A stretch of DNA of 64,000 nt from Smithella sp. M82. GTDB lineage: Bacteria > Desulfobacterota > Syntrophia > Syntrophales > Smithellaceae. Positions 26,324-35,506 of this stretch are shown piece after piece. Each line of letters begins with the position of its first letter. Within the stretch, counting starts at the first letter, position 1. The stretch spans positions 1,308 to 65,307 of the forward strand of contig MAEO01000126.1 in the NCBI GenBank assembly GCA_001683985.1, written 5' to 3'. The translations under genes were made by a program, and so were the position numbers. The notes under the pieces were generated by a model. The model was not told the DNA's origin. It made no database searches and saw only the letters and a program-made list of their open reading frames with translations.

Positions 26324-26402
26324 CTTGACAATATTAATTATTTTTGTTTTGTTTTCGCTTAATTCGGAAAAACAACATAAATAAACTTGAGAGGATTAAT
26401 AT

Positions 26403-27878
26403 ATGAATAAAAGATTATTATTTATAAATTTATCTCTGATATTTTTGTTGTCTGCGCCTTCGATTTTTGCTGAAACCGGCAACACTTCTCAACAAACCGT
26501 CGCCGATATTCCTGCTAATACCGCAGAAGAATATTTTAACCGAGGCAACTTTTTTAGAAAACAAGGTAATTTCACTCAAGCTATTTCCGATTACACCAAC
26601 GCCATCAGAATTAATTCCAAGTATGCTAAAGCTTATTATAATCGCGGGAACGTTTATGTAAAACAAGGTGATTTTGCTCAAGCTATCTCCGATTACACCA
26701 AAGCTGTCGAAATAAACCCTGACTATTCAGAAGCTTACTACAATCGTGGAAATACTTACGAAAAACAAGGCAATCTCACCCAGGCAATTTCTGACTATTC
26801 CAGCGCTATTAAAATCAATCCTAAATATGCGGCAGCTTACTGTAATCGTGGAAATGCTTATCAAACCCAAGGTAATCTTCAGCAAGCTCTTTCAGATTAT
26901 AATAAGGCCATAGAAATCAATCCCCACTTTGCCGGTGTCTATGCCAACCGTGGAAATGTTTATCAGGCTCAAAACAATCTCCCGAAAGCTATTGCCGATT
27001 ACAACAAGGCCATAGAAATTGATCCTAAAGTTGCCGGTTTTTATGCGAATCGTGGAAATGTCTATCAATCTCAAGGCAATCTGCCACAAGCTATTAATGA
27101 TTACAGCAAAGCATTAGAAAAAAACCCAAGCGATAATACATCTCTCTACAACAGAGCGCTTGCTTATTACGGCATAGAACAATTCGGAAAATCATTAGAG
27201 GATTACACAGTAGCTATCAGCCAGAATCCAAGTAAAGAAGCTTATGAAAACTTTATTAGAAATGTTCCGGAAAAGAAATCGTCTGATACAGAAAATGTCA
27301 GAAACAAAATATTACTAACCTTTGAAGAAAAGATAAAGCCGGAAAAGAAATTGGCAATTTCCGCTGCCCCTGCTGTTACAGAAACCACTGCCGTCAGCGC
27401 GCCTACTGTAGCTTCCTCAGAACCGGCAACTACTGTTCCTGCTATAAAAGAACCTGCAACTGCCGCAGTTTCGGCGCCAGTTATTACTGCATCAGTCGCT
27501 CCTGAAAATCGAGTTCAGGTCAATAATAAACAAACTGAAACAACTACCTCTGAAGAAGATGTTCGGAATCTGGTAATAAAATGGGTCGCCAGTTGGGAAT
27601 CAGGTGATTTAGAAAGTTACCGCAGTTGTTACGCATCAGATTTCCAGTCAAAAGGAATGAATTTAAATAACTGGATAAAATATAAAAACAAGATACGGCA
27701 GAAAAGTAAAAATATAAGTATTCGAATTGATGGTTTGCAAATATCAGTAGATGAAAACTATGCCATGGCAAAATTTTCTCAAACTTACAGTTCTTCGATA
27801 CTAAAAGACAAGGGCACAAAAACATTGGAGCTAAAAAAAATAGGCAACAAATGGAAAATATATAGAGAAGTTATGTAA
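26403..27878 (+). CDS. Secreted TPR-repeat protein with shared C-terminal module
   Basis: Signal peptide ..SAPSIFAE. About 7 consecutive 34-aa TPR units follow (AxAYYNRGNxYxxQGNxxQAIxDYxKAIEINP), then an Ala/Thr/Pro-rich linker. The last ~100 aa are homologous to the C-termini of the L,D-transpeptidase and the TolC-like protein. Confidence 0.85.
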   Translation: MNKRLLFINLSLIFLLSAPSIFAETGNTSQQTVADIPANTAEEYFNRGNFFRKQGNFTQAISDYTNAIRINSKYAKAYYNRGNVYVKQGDFAQAISDYTKAVEINPDYSEAYYNRGNTYEKQGNLTQAISDYSSAIKINPKYAAAYCNRGNAYQTQGNLQQALSDYNKAIEINPHFAGVYANRGNVYQAQNNLPKAIADYNKAIEIDPKVAGFYANRGNVYQSQGNLPQAINDYSKALEKNPSDNTSLYNRALAYYGIEQFGKSLEDYTVAISQNPSKEAYENFIRNVPEKKSSDTENVRNKILLTFEEKIKPEKKLAISAAPAVTETTAVSAPTVASSEPATTVPAIKEPATAAVSAPVITASVAPENRVQVNNKQTETTTSEEDVRNLVIKWVASWESGDLESYRSCYASDFQSKGMNLNNWIKYKNKIRQKSKNISIRIDGLQISVDENYAMAKFSQTYSSSILKDKGTKTLELKKIGNKWKIYREVM

Positions 27879-28019
27879 GAAATCAGCAAGCAACTATTTG
27901 CCCATGTATTAATTTAAATCAGCATACTTCAGTTAGAGATATAGAGAAGGCGGTAATTTTCCAAAAAATGTCCGCCTTTTTTTCTATTTGGGTACTATGA
28001 TGCAAATTATCATGCATTT

Positions 28020-28077
28020 ACCCCGTTAGAAAGCCCCGCTGCTTGCAGCGTGGATGACGAAGGTCTTCTAACGGGGT
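28020..28077. repeat. Long REP-like hairpin
   Basis: ACCCCGTTAGAA ... TTCTAACGGGGT forms a 12-bp outer stem that encloses an inner CGCTGC-tt-GCAGCG stem. Confidence 0.5.
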
Positions 28078-28140
28078 TTACAGGCCTTGATTTTTATTCC
28101 AATGAGGTTTATGTAAGAAAAATCACTTTCGAGGCGGAAA

Positions 28141-28758
28141 ATGATAGTAAATAAAGAAAAAATAGACAAGATCAAAGGATTTTTAGACAAGCGCGAAGCA
28201 AACTGCCTTTATAAACTGGCTCTGGAAGCCGGCAAAAAAGGACCTTGTCTGGAAATCGGCAGTTACTGCGGCAAATCATCCGTTTATCTGGGAACAGCAT
28301 GTAAGGAAAATTCCACGGTTCTTTTTTCGATCGATCATCACGGCGGTTCTGAAGAACAGCAGCCGGGGGAAGAATACTTTGACTCCGATCTGTTGGATAA
28401 AGAAACAGGAAAGATAGACACGTTAAAATTTTTCCGCAAAACAATCGCAGATTTTAACCTGGAAGATACGGTAATTCCTATTATCGGCCGCTCTGAAACA
28501 ATAGGACGCGTGTGGAAAACACCCCTTAGTTTGATTTTTATTGACGGCAGTCACGCATATGAATCAGTTTTGAACGACTACAATATTTGGGCAAAAAACT
28601 TAATTTTAGGAGGATACCTTTTATTTCACGATATATTCTCCGATCCGGCCAAAGGCGGACAGGCACCATATCTGGTTTATCAAAAAGCGTTGTCTTCCAA
28701 ACTTTACGAAGCAAAACCTATGTGCGAATCGTTAGGAATATTAATACGCCGGCAATAA
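28141..28758 (+). CDS. Class I SAM-dependent methyltransferase (Methyltransf_24-like)
   Basis: LEIGSYCGKSSVYLG (motif I) and ..IFIDGSHAYESVLNDYNIW.. are typical of this family. Confidence 0.75.
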   Translation: MIVNKEKIDKIKGFLDKREANCLYKLALEAGKKGPCLEIGSYCGKSSVYLGTACKENSTVLFSIDHHGGSEEQQPGEEYFDSDLLDKETGKIDTLKFFRKTIADFNLEDTVIPIIGRSETIGRVWKTPLSLIFIDGSHAYESVLNDYNIWAKNLILGGYLLFHDIFSDPAKGGQAPYLVYQKALSSKLYEAKPMCESLGILIRRQ

Positions 28759-28862
28759 ATTGATTATACCGTTTAAAATTAAAAGGAAGCGCATAATAAA
28801 CAGTTCCCTTTCCCTACCGAGACTTTTCGCCGGAACGGCGGAAAGTCCAATTTTAAATGGGA

Positions 28863-30434
28863 TCAAGACCAGGACCAAACACAACCTTTATCTGTAATAT
28901 TGGCTACCAGATAGCCGCGCCACGCAAAATCGCGGATAGTATCGTAAACCACTTTTTCATTGGCATTTGTATACTCTTTTACTCTCCGGCAAAGTTCGTG
29001 TAAAGCGCTGTCTCTGGAACCGTTCAATAAATGTGGTTCGATAAAACCACATTTTTCAATGATATCGCTTTTCAGAATCTGATAGGTCAATTTCATTCGC
29101 CAGTGACCTTCAACACGCATAGTATCTTCCGGATCAGCGACTCCTTCCTGATATTTACGGACAATTTTATTCCAGTCGGTTTCCATCTCTTCATTATAGC
29201 TGACTCCGAAGTCATGCATATCCTGCGGAAGCAGCGCTGATGTCTTCACAATAGCATCATTGGCATCGTAGCGATTCCAGTCATTCGTTATGATTTCCAG
29301 ATCATAATCATCAATTTTTTCCCGAACTGTAGTTCCCGGAAAAGGCGCCAGAAAATGGTAACCGTAAATAGCTTTCGTACTTCTCGCGAAATCGTCTGTC
29401 TCCAGCAACGTATCTTTTGTTTCCCCAGGCAACCCGATTATAAACGAAGCGTGAGCTATCATTCCCGATTCCTGGCACATCTTTACTGCTGAATAGACCT
29501 GTTCCAACTTTATGCCTTTCTTTATTCTTTTGAGCATTTCCGGATTGCCCGTTTCTACCCCGAAACTGACGCTGTCGCAACCGGCTGCGGCCATTAAATC
29601 GAATATTTCCCGGTTTACAGTATCCACACGCGCAAAAGCGCTCCAAACAAACTTTAACGAACGCTCTTTAATCCCCGTACAAATTTCCTTGACCCGTTCT
29701 TTATCGGCAGTAAAAAGATCATCAGCTATATTGATACGATCAAAGCCATAACCGATAATTGTTTCTATTTCATCAAGAACAAGTCTGGGATTTCTTTTAC
29801 GAACCTTGGACCCTACCATTTTGCGTCCTAAACAGAATATACAGGAATACGGACAACCACGTCCGGTAATCAAACTTACAGGAAATCCCAACGCGCGATA
29901 GCGCGAAATCGGAAGCAAATGTCTCGACGGTGAAGGAATCCTGTCAATATCCATGATAAAATCTCTTCTGCCGGTAACAACTATTTCATCACCGCTGCGG
30001 TAAGCGATTCCGCGGACATCCTGCCATTTGTTTTTCTTTTTTAGTATATGAGTAAGCTCGGCAATCGTATCCTCTCCTTCCCCAATCACAACCAAATCTA
30101 TTTCAGGATAACTTTTCAACGTATCTATGGCCGTAAAAGATACATGAGGCCCGCCCATCATTGTAATAATTTCCGGATCATAACTTTTTACATCATGAAG
30201 TATCTGTTGTGCCTTATAAAAATTCATCGTTACGGAAGTGGCGCCCACAGCGTCAGGTCGGAAAGCTTTCAATTGTTTTTCCAGATTTTCTCTAGTGTAG
30301 GCACAAACAATATAATCAAAAATTTTAACTTCCGCTCCGGCGGCCGCGAATGCCGCGGCGACATAAGTAACTCCCAACGGCGGGGAAGGCATTTCTTCCA
30401 GCGGATAAGGCGGAGCAATAACGGCAATGCGCAT
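28863..30434 (-). CDS. B12-binding-domain radical SAM protein (second paralog)
   Basis: An N-terminal B12-binding-like domain is followed by CxxxCxxC (GCPYSCIFC). It is the last gene of the six-gene minus-strand operon. Confidence 0.85.
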   Translation of the reverse strand: MRIAVIAPPYPLEEMPSPPLGVTYVAAAFAAAGAEVKIFDYIVCAYTRENLEKQLKAFRPDAVGATSVTMNFYKAQQILHDVKSYDPEIITMMGGPHVSFTAIDTLKSYPEIDLVVIGEGEDTIAELTHILKKKNKWQDVRGIAYRSGDEIVVTGRRDFIMDIDRIPSPSRHLLPISRYRALGFPVSLITGRGCPYSCIFCLGRKMVGSKVRKRNPRLVLDEIETIIGYGFDRINIADDLFTADKERVKEICTGIKERSLKFVWSAFARVDTVNREIFDLMAAAGCDSVSFGVETGNPEMLKRIKKGIKLEQVYSAVKMCQESGMIAHASFIIGLPGETKDTLLETDDFARSTKAIYGYHFLAPFPGTTVREKIDDYDLEIITNDWNRYDANDAIVKTSALLPQDMHDFGVSYNEEMETDWNKIVRKYQEGVADPEDTMRVEGHWRMKLTYQILKSDIIEKCGFIEPHLLNGSRDSALHELCRRVKEYTNANEKVVYDTIRDFAWRGYLVANITDKGCVWSWS

Positions 30435-30437
30435 ATC

Positions 30438-31160
30438 TTAATCTCCCTTGCGTGGAAATAACAACGATCTGAACCACCCAGCCAAAGTATTGCCTTTCAT
30501 CAAAGCACGATCAATCAACTCAAAATCTGAAGCCAGTTTGGCCGGATTAGAAAGCCAATCATTCCTCGTTCTCATCGGCATATCCGGATCAAGGTATTTT
30601 ATAACTGTTGCCGGATTACCTGCGGCAATGGCATTGGCCGGAATATCTTTTACGACGATGGAACCGGCGCCGATAACTGCGTTATCCCCTATAGTCACTC
30701 CTTTTCCTACAATCACACTGTCTCCCAGCCAGACATTGTTGCCGATTGTGACAGACTGAGTATTACCGATCGGTTTACTGCGATCATACAAATCGTGCCA
30801 GTCGGCATCGGAAATACTGACATTTTGAGCAGTCATACAGCCATCACCCATAGTTATTGACGTGGCTGACATAATTCTGGTGCCCGGGCAGATAAGACAA
30901 CATTTGCCTATTTCAATTGTTCCCTTACCCAACCAAACGGGCCAGACAGCAAATCTTACTTTTCTATCAGGTGTGGCAATGACAGTGGAATAATCTCCGA
31001 GATAAACGGGCCCACCGAACACTTCCACATGTTGAGGTTTCATAAAAACCAATCCTCGGCCGAAATACTCGAATTGAGGAGCAAGAAAATACTCCGCGTA
31101 CCATTTCTGATACTTATTATAAAAGCGCTTAAGGTAATATGGACGATGATCTTTTCTCAA
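30438..31160 (-). CDS. Hexapeptide-repeat (left-handed beta-helix) acyl/acetyltransferase
   Basis: The C-terminal half shows tandem hexapeptide pattern: [36 protein letters not shown]. Confidence 0.8.
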   Translation of the reverse strand: MRKDHRPYYLKRFYNKYQKWYAEYFLAPQFEYFGRGLVFMKPQHVEVFGGPVYLGDYSTVIATPDRKVRFAVWPVWLGKGTIEIGKCCLICPGTRIMSATSITMGDGCMTAQNVSISDADWHDLYDRSKPIGNTQSVTIGNNVWLGDSVIVGKGVTIGDNAVIGAGSIVVKDIPANAIAAGNPATVIKYLDPDMPMRTRNDWLSNPAKLASDFELIDRALMKGNTLAGWFRSLLFPRKGD

Positions 31161-31265
31161 TTTTCTACCTTGTTAAAATTGGATTTTGCTTAAAGTGAAT
31201 TTAAATAATCACAAAGATTGATCGGAAGCGAAAAACCGGGAACACTGCTTCTTAAAAATAAATCT

Positions 31266-32300
31266 TCACTTATTCCAAGAAGCCCAAAATTTATGATTAA
31301 AAAGTTTTCCCGCCGGCGTTATTTCATTCAAAGCATCCAACGCCAGCATTACGGCCGCTGCCGTCCATCCCGTTTTTTCCTCCGGCCAAATAACTCCATC
31401 CGGAAAAGTCACACCCATCCAGAAAGATCCGTCGGAAAATCTTTTATCCGTCAGCCAGCTAAATATCATCTTGGCTCGGGAATGATCTTCAATCGCCGCC
31501 AGAGTTAAAACAAATTCGGCTGTCTCCGCCATTGTCACCCAGGGGCGGTCGCTGACACAGCGCACCCCCCATTCAGGAACAACAAATTTTTCCCACAAAT
31601 GCGCCACCCGTCTTTTTGCTTCTTCACCGGTTATGGCTCCGCACATAATCGGATAATACCAATCCATTGAATACCTTGATTTAATCATATTAAACAAATC
31701 CGGCCTGTCTTTTATGGCCACACCCAGTGCATCCATAGCTTTTTGCCAACGTGGACACTTCTTTCCCAGGATCCCGGCAATTGCCAGACCGCATTTAATA
31801 CTCATGTAGATCGAGCTGGAACCTGTCAGGAGGGCCATTTTATCAATGACTCCGTTCTTATTTTTTGCCCAGTATATTTCACCATCAGGAGCCTGCAGAT
31901 TGATTGCATACTGAATGCCCTGCGAAATTGTGTGCCACATCATTTTTAAAAACTTTACATCGCGGGTAATCAGATAATGGTGAAACGCACCTACAGCCAC
32001 ATAAGAAGAAAAATTAGATTCTTTTGTGGAATTGATGATCTTCCCGTCCAGACTTTCCGACCACCAACTGCCATCGGAAAGTTGAGTATCGGCAAGCCAT
32101 TCATACGCCCGCCTTGCTTCGTGATAAAAACCGCCTATACTCAAACCCATTGCGCTCTCCACATGATCCCACGGATCGGTTTTACCGCCGACCGACCAGG
32201 GAATTTCACCATTTTCTTTTTGAATAGAAGCAATAAAAACAGCTATCTTTTCCAACGAAACAGGAGTTAAATCTTCACTTATGGAAAGTTTTAGTTCCAT
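31266..32300 (-). CDS. Prenyltransferase / terpenoid-cyclase-like alpha-alpha barrel protein
   Basis: 344 aa with repeated ..DGSWW.., ..PDGEIYW.. and ..SDGSFW.. motifs, as in prenyltransferase/squalene-oxidase repeats. It is too short for a full squalene-hopene cyclase. Confidence 0.55.
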   Translation of the reverse strand: MELKLSISEDLTPVSLEKIAVFIASIQKENGEIPWSVGGKTDPWDHVESAMGLSIGGFYHEARRAYEWLADTQLSDGSWWSESLDGKIINSTKESNFSSYVAVGAFHHYLITRDVKFLKMMWHTISQGIQYAINLQAPDGEIYWAKNKNGVIDKMALLTGSSSIYMSIKCGLAIAGILGKKCPRWQKAMDALGVAIKDRPDLFNMIKSRYSMDWYYPIMCGAITGEEAKRRVAHLWEKFVVPEWGVRCVSDRPWVTMAETAEFVLTLAAIEDHSRAKMIFSWLTDKRFSDGSFWMGVTFPDGVIWPEEKTGWTAAAVMLALDALNEITPAGKLFNHKFWASWNK

Positions 32301-32303
32301 TAA

Positions 32304-33008
32304 TTATCCTCTTTTAAAATAATATACTATGCTTTTCCCTATAATCGGATTTAGAAATTCTTCCAACAGCCGAATCAACCAAAAATTTTTCATCATATCC
32401 CATTCCAGGAATTTCTTATAATATTTGACTATAAAATTTTCTTCATTCTTCAGGCCGATAATACATTTAAGCCACCAGTACGGCATATGGAGGGCGTGTT
32501 TATAATTTATTTTCCGGCATTTAAATCCCTCTTTCAACAACATTATCTGGAGATCTTTCTTTCTGTATATTCTAATGTGACCGCCTTCCGAATGACAGTA
32601 ATCATGTGAAATTAACCAACATATTCTCTCAGAATAATAACGCGGTACACTAACTACAAAAGTACCTTCTGGTTTTAATATCCTGATTAATTCCTTTATA
32701 GCTGCTTCATGATCGGGAATATGTTCCAAAACTTCCGAACAAATTACGCAATCAAATGATTTATCGGCAAATGGCAGTCTGTTTATATCGGCTTCCGATA
32801 CCAAAAAGTCTTTCGACAAAGCGTCAGGCATATTTTCCAGAGATGTTAAGGCTTCCCGCAATGCCCCCGTATTTTTATCTATTCCGACAATTCTCAGATT
32901 CGGTTGTTTTGCCAGGAAACGCAAGTGTCTTCCCAACCCGCAACCGGCATCCAGAACAAAACCTTGTGGTTTTAATCCCAACTCAGGAAATTCCACGGTA
33001 ACCATCAA
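32304..33008 (-). CDS. Class I SAM-dependent methyltransferase (Methyltransf_11-like)
   Basis: VLDAGCGLGRH (motif I) and ..FDCVICSEVLEHIPD.. are present. It overlaps the upstream GT4 gene by 26 nt. Confidence 0.8.
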   Translation of the reverse strand: MMVTVEFPELGLKPQGFVLDAGCGLGRHLRFLAKQPNLRIVGIDKNTGALREALTSLENMPDALSKDFLVSEADINRLPFADKSFDCVICSEVLEHIPDHEAAIKELIRILKPEGTFVVSVPRYYSERICWLISHDYCHSEGGHIRIYRKKDLQIMLLKEGFKCRKINYKHALHMPYWWLKCIIGLKNEENFIVKYYKKFLEWDMMKNFWLIRLLEEFLNPIIGKSIVYYFKRG

Positions 33009-34248
33009 TCGTCTCCCTGTATATATTAACCATTTCCTTCGCCGCTACAGACCAATTAAAAATAGAATTTACACGTTCTATTCCTGCCTCACCCATTTTT
33101 TTCCTTTGCTCCGGATTCTTAAATAAAAATACTATTTCTCTGGCCAGAGCATCGGCATCGGCCGGAGGAACAATCAGACCGGCATTTCCGACAACTTCCG
33201 GTAATGCACCTCCGCTGGTGCTGATCAGAGGCACGCCACAAGCCATAGCTTCCGCTGCCGGCAGACCAAAACCTTCATATATGGAAGGAACGACGGCAAC
33301 AGTGGCCTTTGAATAATAACCGGCAAATTCTTCATTCTTTATACGGCCGGTGAAATGAACAATGTCGCCTATTCCCAGTTCAGCTACAAGTTTTAAAATT
33401 GATCCATCTTTTTTAGGCTCACCGATAACGGTTAATTTTACGGATTGTTTTTTTCTTATCTGAGCAACCGCTTCCAGCAGATACCTTAAACCCTTTAATG
33501 GCGTATCCGAGCTGTTTGTTACGATAATGGAATTATCCGGTCTCGAATCATTCTGAACAGGGTAAAAGAATTCGTTGTCAACACCATTAGGCACAACACG
33601 AAATTTGGACAAATTTATCGAAAATTCCCTGGCAATATCATTTTTAGAGCATTCCGAAACAGTAACAATATGTGATAACTGCCTAGCCACTTTTTTTTGC
33701 ATTTCAATAAAGGTAAACCAACGGTTAACACGCATCTTCTTTAATTTTGTTCCTGCAACTCTAAGATATTCCTGCTTATCAAAGGTCATAGGATGATGAA
33801 TGGTTGCTATTGTGGGCATAACTTTTTGAGCTATTTTTCCTATACCATAAGCCAGGCACTGATTATCATGAACAATATCGTAATTCACTTCGCTTTTCTG
33901 CAAATAGCGATAAGCTCTCACACCGAAAGTAAACGGTTCAGGAAACATACCGAGGCACATGGTCAAATATTCATATATATTTAAAGGATCAACAAAAAGA
34001 TCACTCATCTTTTTCGGACGGAAAGAATGTTCCGGATTATAAAGATCAAGACTGGGAAGCTTATGCAAACGCACTCTATGATCAAGATGCGGATAAGGCG
34101 GTCCCGACAATACATCAACCTCGTGGCCCAGATCGCTTAGCGCTTTACTTAAATGTTTAATATAAACACCTTGTCCGCCGCAATTAGGATTGCCGCGATA
34201 AGTTAACAAACAAATTTTCAGCGGTTTTGAATCAGAAGACTTTTTCAT
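32983..34248 (-). CDS. Family 4 (GT-B) glycosyltransferase
   Basis: LKICLLTYRGNPNCGGQGVY.. at the N-terminus and ..VVPSIYEGFGLPAAEAMACGVPLISTSGGALPEVV.. at the C-terminus. Confidence 0.85.
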   Translation of the reverse strand: MKKSSDSKPLKICLLTYRGNPNCGGQGVYIKHLSKALSDLGHEVDVLSGPPYPHLDHRVRLHKLPSLDLYNPEHSFRPKKMSDLFVDPLNIYEYLTMCLGMFPEPFTFGVRAYRYLQKSEVNYDIVHDNQCLAYGIGKIAQKVMPTIATIHHPMTFDKQEYLRVAGTKLKKMRVNRWFTFIEMQKKVARQLSHIVTVSECSKNDIAREFSINLSKFRVVPNGVDNEFFYPVQNDSRPDNSIIVTNSSDTPLKGLRYLLEAVAQIRKKQSVKLTVIGEPKKDGSILKLVAELGIGDIVHFTGRIKNEEFAGYYSKATVAVVPSIYEGFGLPAAEAMACGVPLISTSGGALPEVVGNAGLIVPPADADALAREIVFLFKNPEQRKKMGEAGIERVNSIFNWSVAAKEMVNIYRETIDGYRGIS

Positions 34249-34895
34249 ACATTCACTTTTTGCACTATTCTTTTTGAATTTTCAAACATAATTGATATTT
34301 CATCATCGTTCAATCCCGCACCTCTGGCAATTTTTACAGCCATTTTACTGCTAACAAAATCGTCAGGAATATGGACATCGTTATTAAGAATCAGATTAGC
34401 CTTAAATTTTCTGGCCATCTGCACAACATGCCCGTTACTAAGACTGTGACCTTTACGCGTTGTAATCTCCAAATAAATTCCTCTTTCCGCCGCCAGATGC
34501 GCTTCTTCTTCGGTCAAAAGTCCCGGATGGGCTAAAATATCTATATCCGATTTCAGAGCAGCCAGATTTGTTCCGGCAGGAACAGGTTCAACAATTGTTT
34601 CTCCATGAACAATTACTATCTTTGCTCCTAATTTCCTTGCCTCGTCGGCAAGTGCGGAGATATCACGCGGATCAACATGTGTAATTTCAACTCCAGGAAG
34701 CGCTCTAATATTGCCTTTTTCCGTTATCTTTGAACAAACCCTGATAATCCGTGGAAGAATAAAATCAATGTTGGAGTGATCGACATGATCGGTGATGGCC
34801 AAAACTTCATAACCTGCGGCATAAGCGCGTTGCGCCAGTTCCGCGGGTATCAAACTACCATCACTAAAAATGGAATGGGTATGCAGGTCAATCAC
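34245..34895 (-). CDS. PHP-domain metal-dependent phosphoesterase
   Basis: MIDLHTHSIFSDG.., ..ITDHVDH.. and ..VHGE.. are the His/Asp metal ligands typical of PHP/histidinol-phosphatase-like proteins. It is the first gene of the operon. Confidence 0.8.
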   Translation of the reverse strand: MIDLHTHSIFSDGSLIPAELAQRAYAAGYEVLAITDHVDHSNIDFILPRIIRVCSKITEKGNIRALPGVEITHVDPRDISALADEARKLGAKIVIVHGETIVEPVPAGTNLAALKSDIDILAHPGLLTEEEAHLAAERGIYLEITTRKGHSLSNGHVVQMARKFKANLILNNDVHIPDDFVSSKMAVKIARGAGLNDDEISIMFENSKRIVQKVNV

Positions 34896-34985
34896 TAAAA
34901 TATTCCAAATTTAATTTATTTTAAACTGAATGGACTTAGCAAATTTAAGACTGATAGTCAATAAGGATATGCAATTTTTAAGATA

Positions 34986-35290
34986 TTAATTTAGATTTTT
35001 TCTTAAAAGCAGGAAGGTGGCCGAAACACGGCAAATATTTTTCCCTTTATTATCAGTAACTAAGCAATCTCCGATAACCAGACTTTGACCTTTTTTAAAC
35101 ACAGTGGCAGCGGCAATAAGTTCTCCATCGCTGACACCCGCCAGAAAATTACTCTTTAACTCAATTGTAGTCAAACCTTCTTCAGGACTTAACCGGGTCA
35201 TTATTGCATGAGCGATTGTTTCGTCAGCCAACGAACAATCAGCCCCCCCTGCATTACTTTAGCCCCCTGCAAGCACTCCGGACGCACCGG
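34986..35290 (-). pseudogene. PaaI/hotdog-fold thioesterase remnant (N-terminally disrupted)
   Basis: The 81-aa ORF (34986..35231) matches only the C-terminal two-thirds of PaaI-type thioesterases (..LADETIAHA..TIELKSNFL..). The upstream ..KVMQGGLIV.. (HGG-box-like) lies in another frame across a C7/G7 tract (35244-35250), and an in-frame stop follows. Confidence 0.5.
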
Positions 35291-35439
35291 CATTTTTTAA
35301 TCAGGTGATTATTCTGCCACATAATATTGAGAGACTTTTCTCCATGCAGTTTCGGAATTTGAGTTCAAGGTTAGAAAAAGACGGCACAGTTATCAGTTAC
35401 AAATAAACAACTTACGGCCTGGATGCTTAAATACAAGCA

Positions 35440-35493
35440 CGTCTGCGCAAGCTTTAATATACTTACGCAGACGAAGAGGGATGAATATCCCTT
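35440..35493 (-). terminator. Tandem hairpins downstream of the TolC-like gene
   Basis: CGTCTGCG..CGCAGACG (35440-35473) and AGGGAT-gaat-ATCCCT (35476-35491) begin 14 nt after the stop at 35507. The T-run is weak. Confidence 0.35.
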
Positions 35494-35506
35494 GCGGTTA
35501 CCATGA

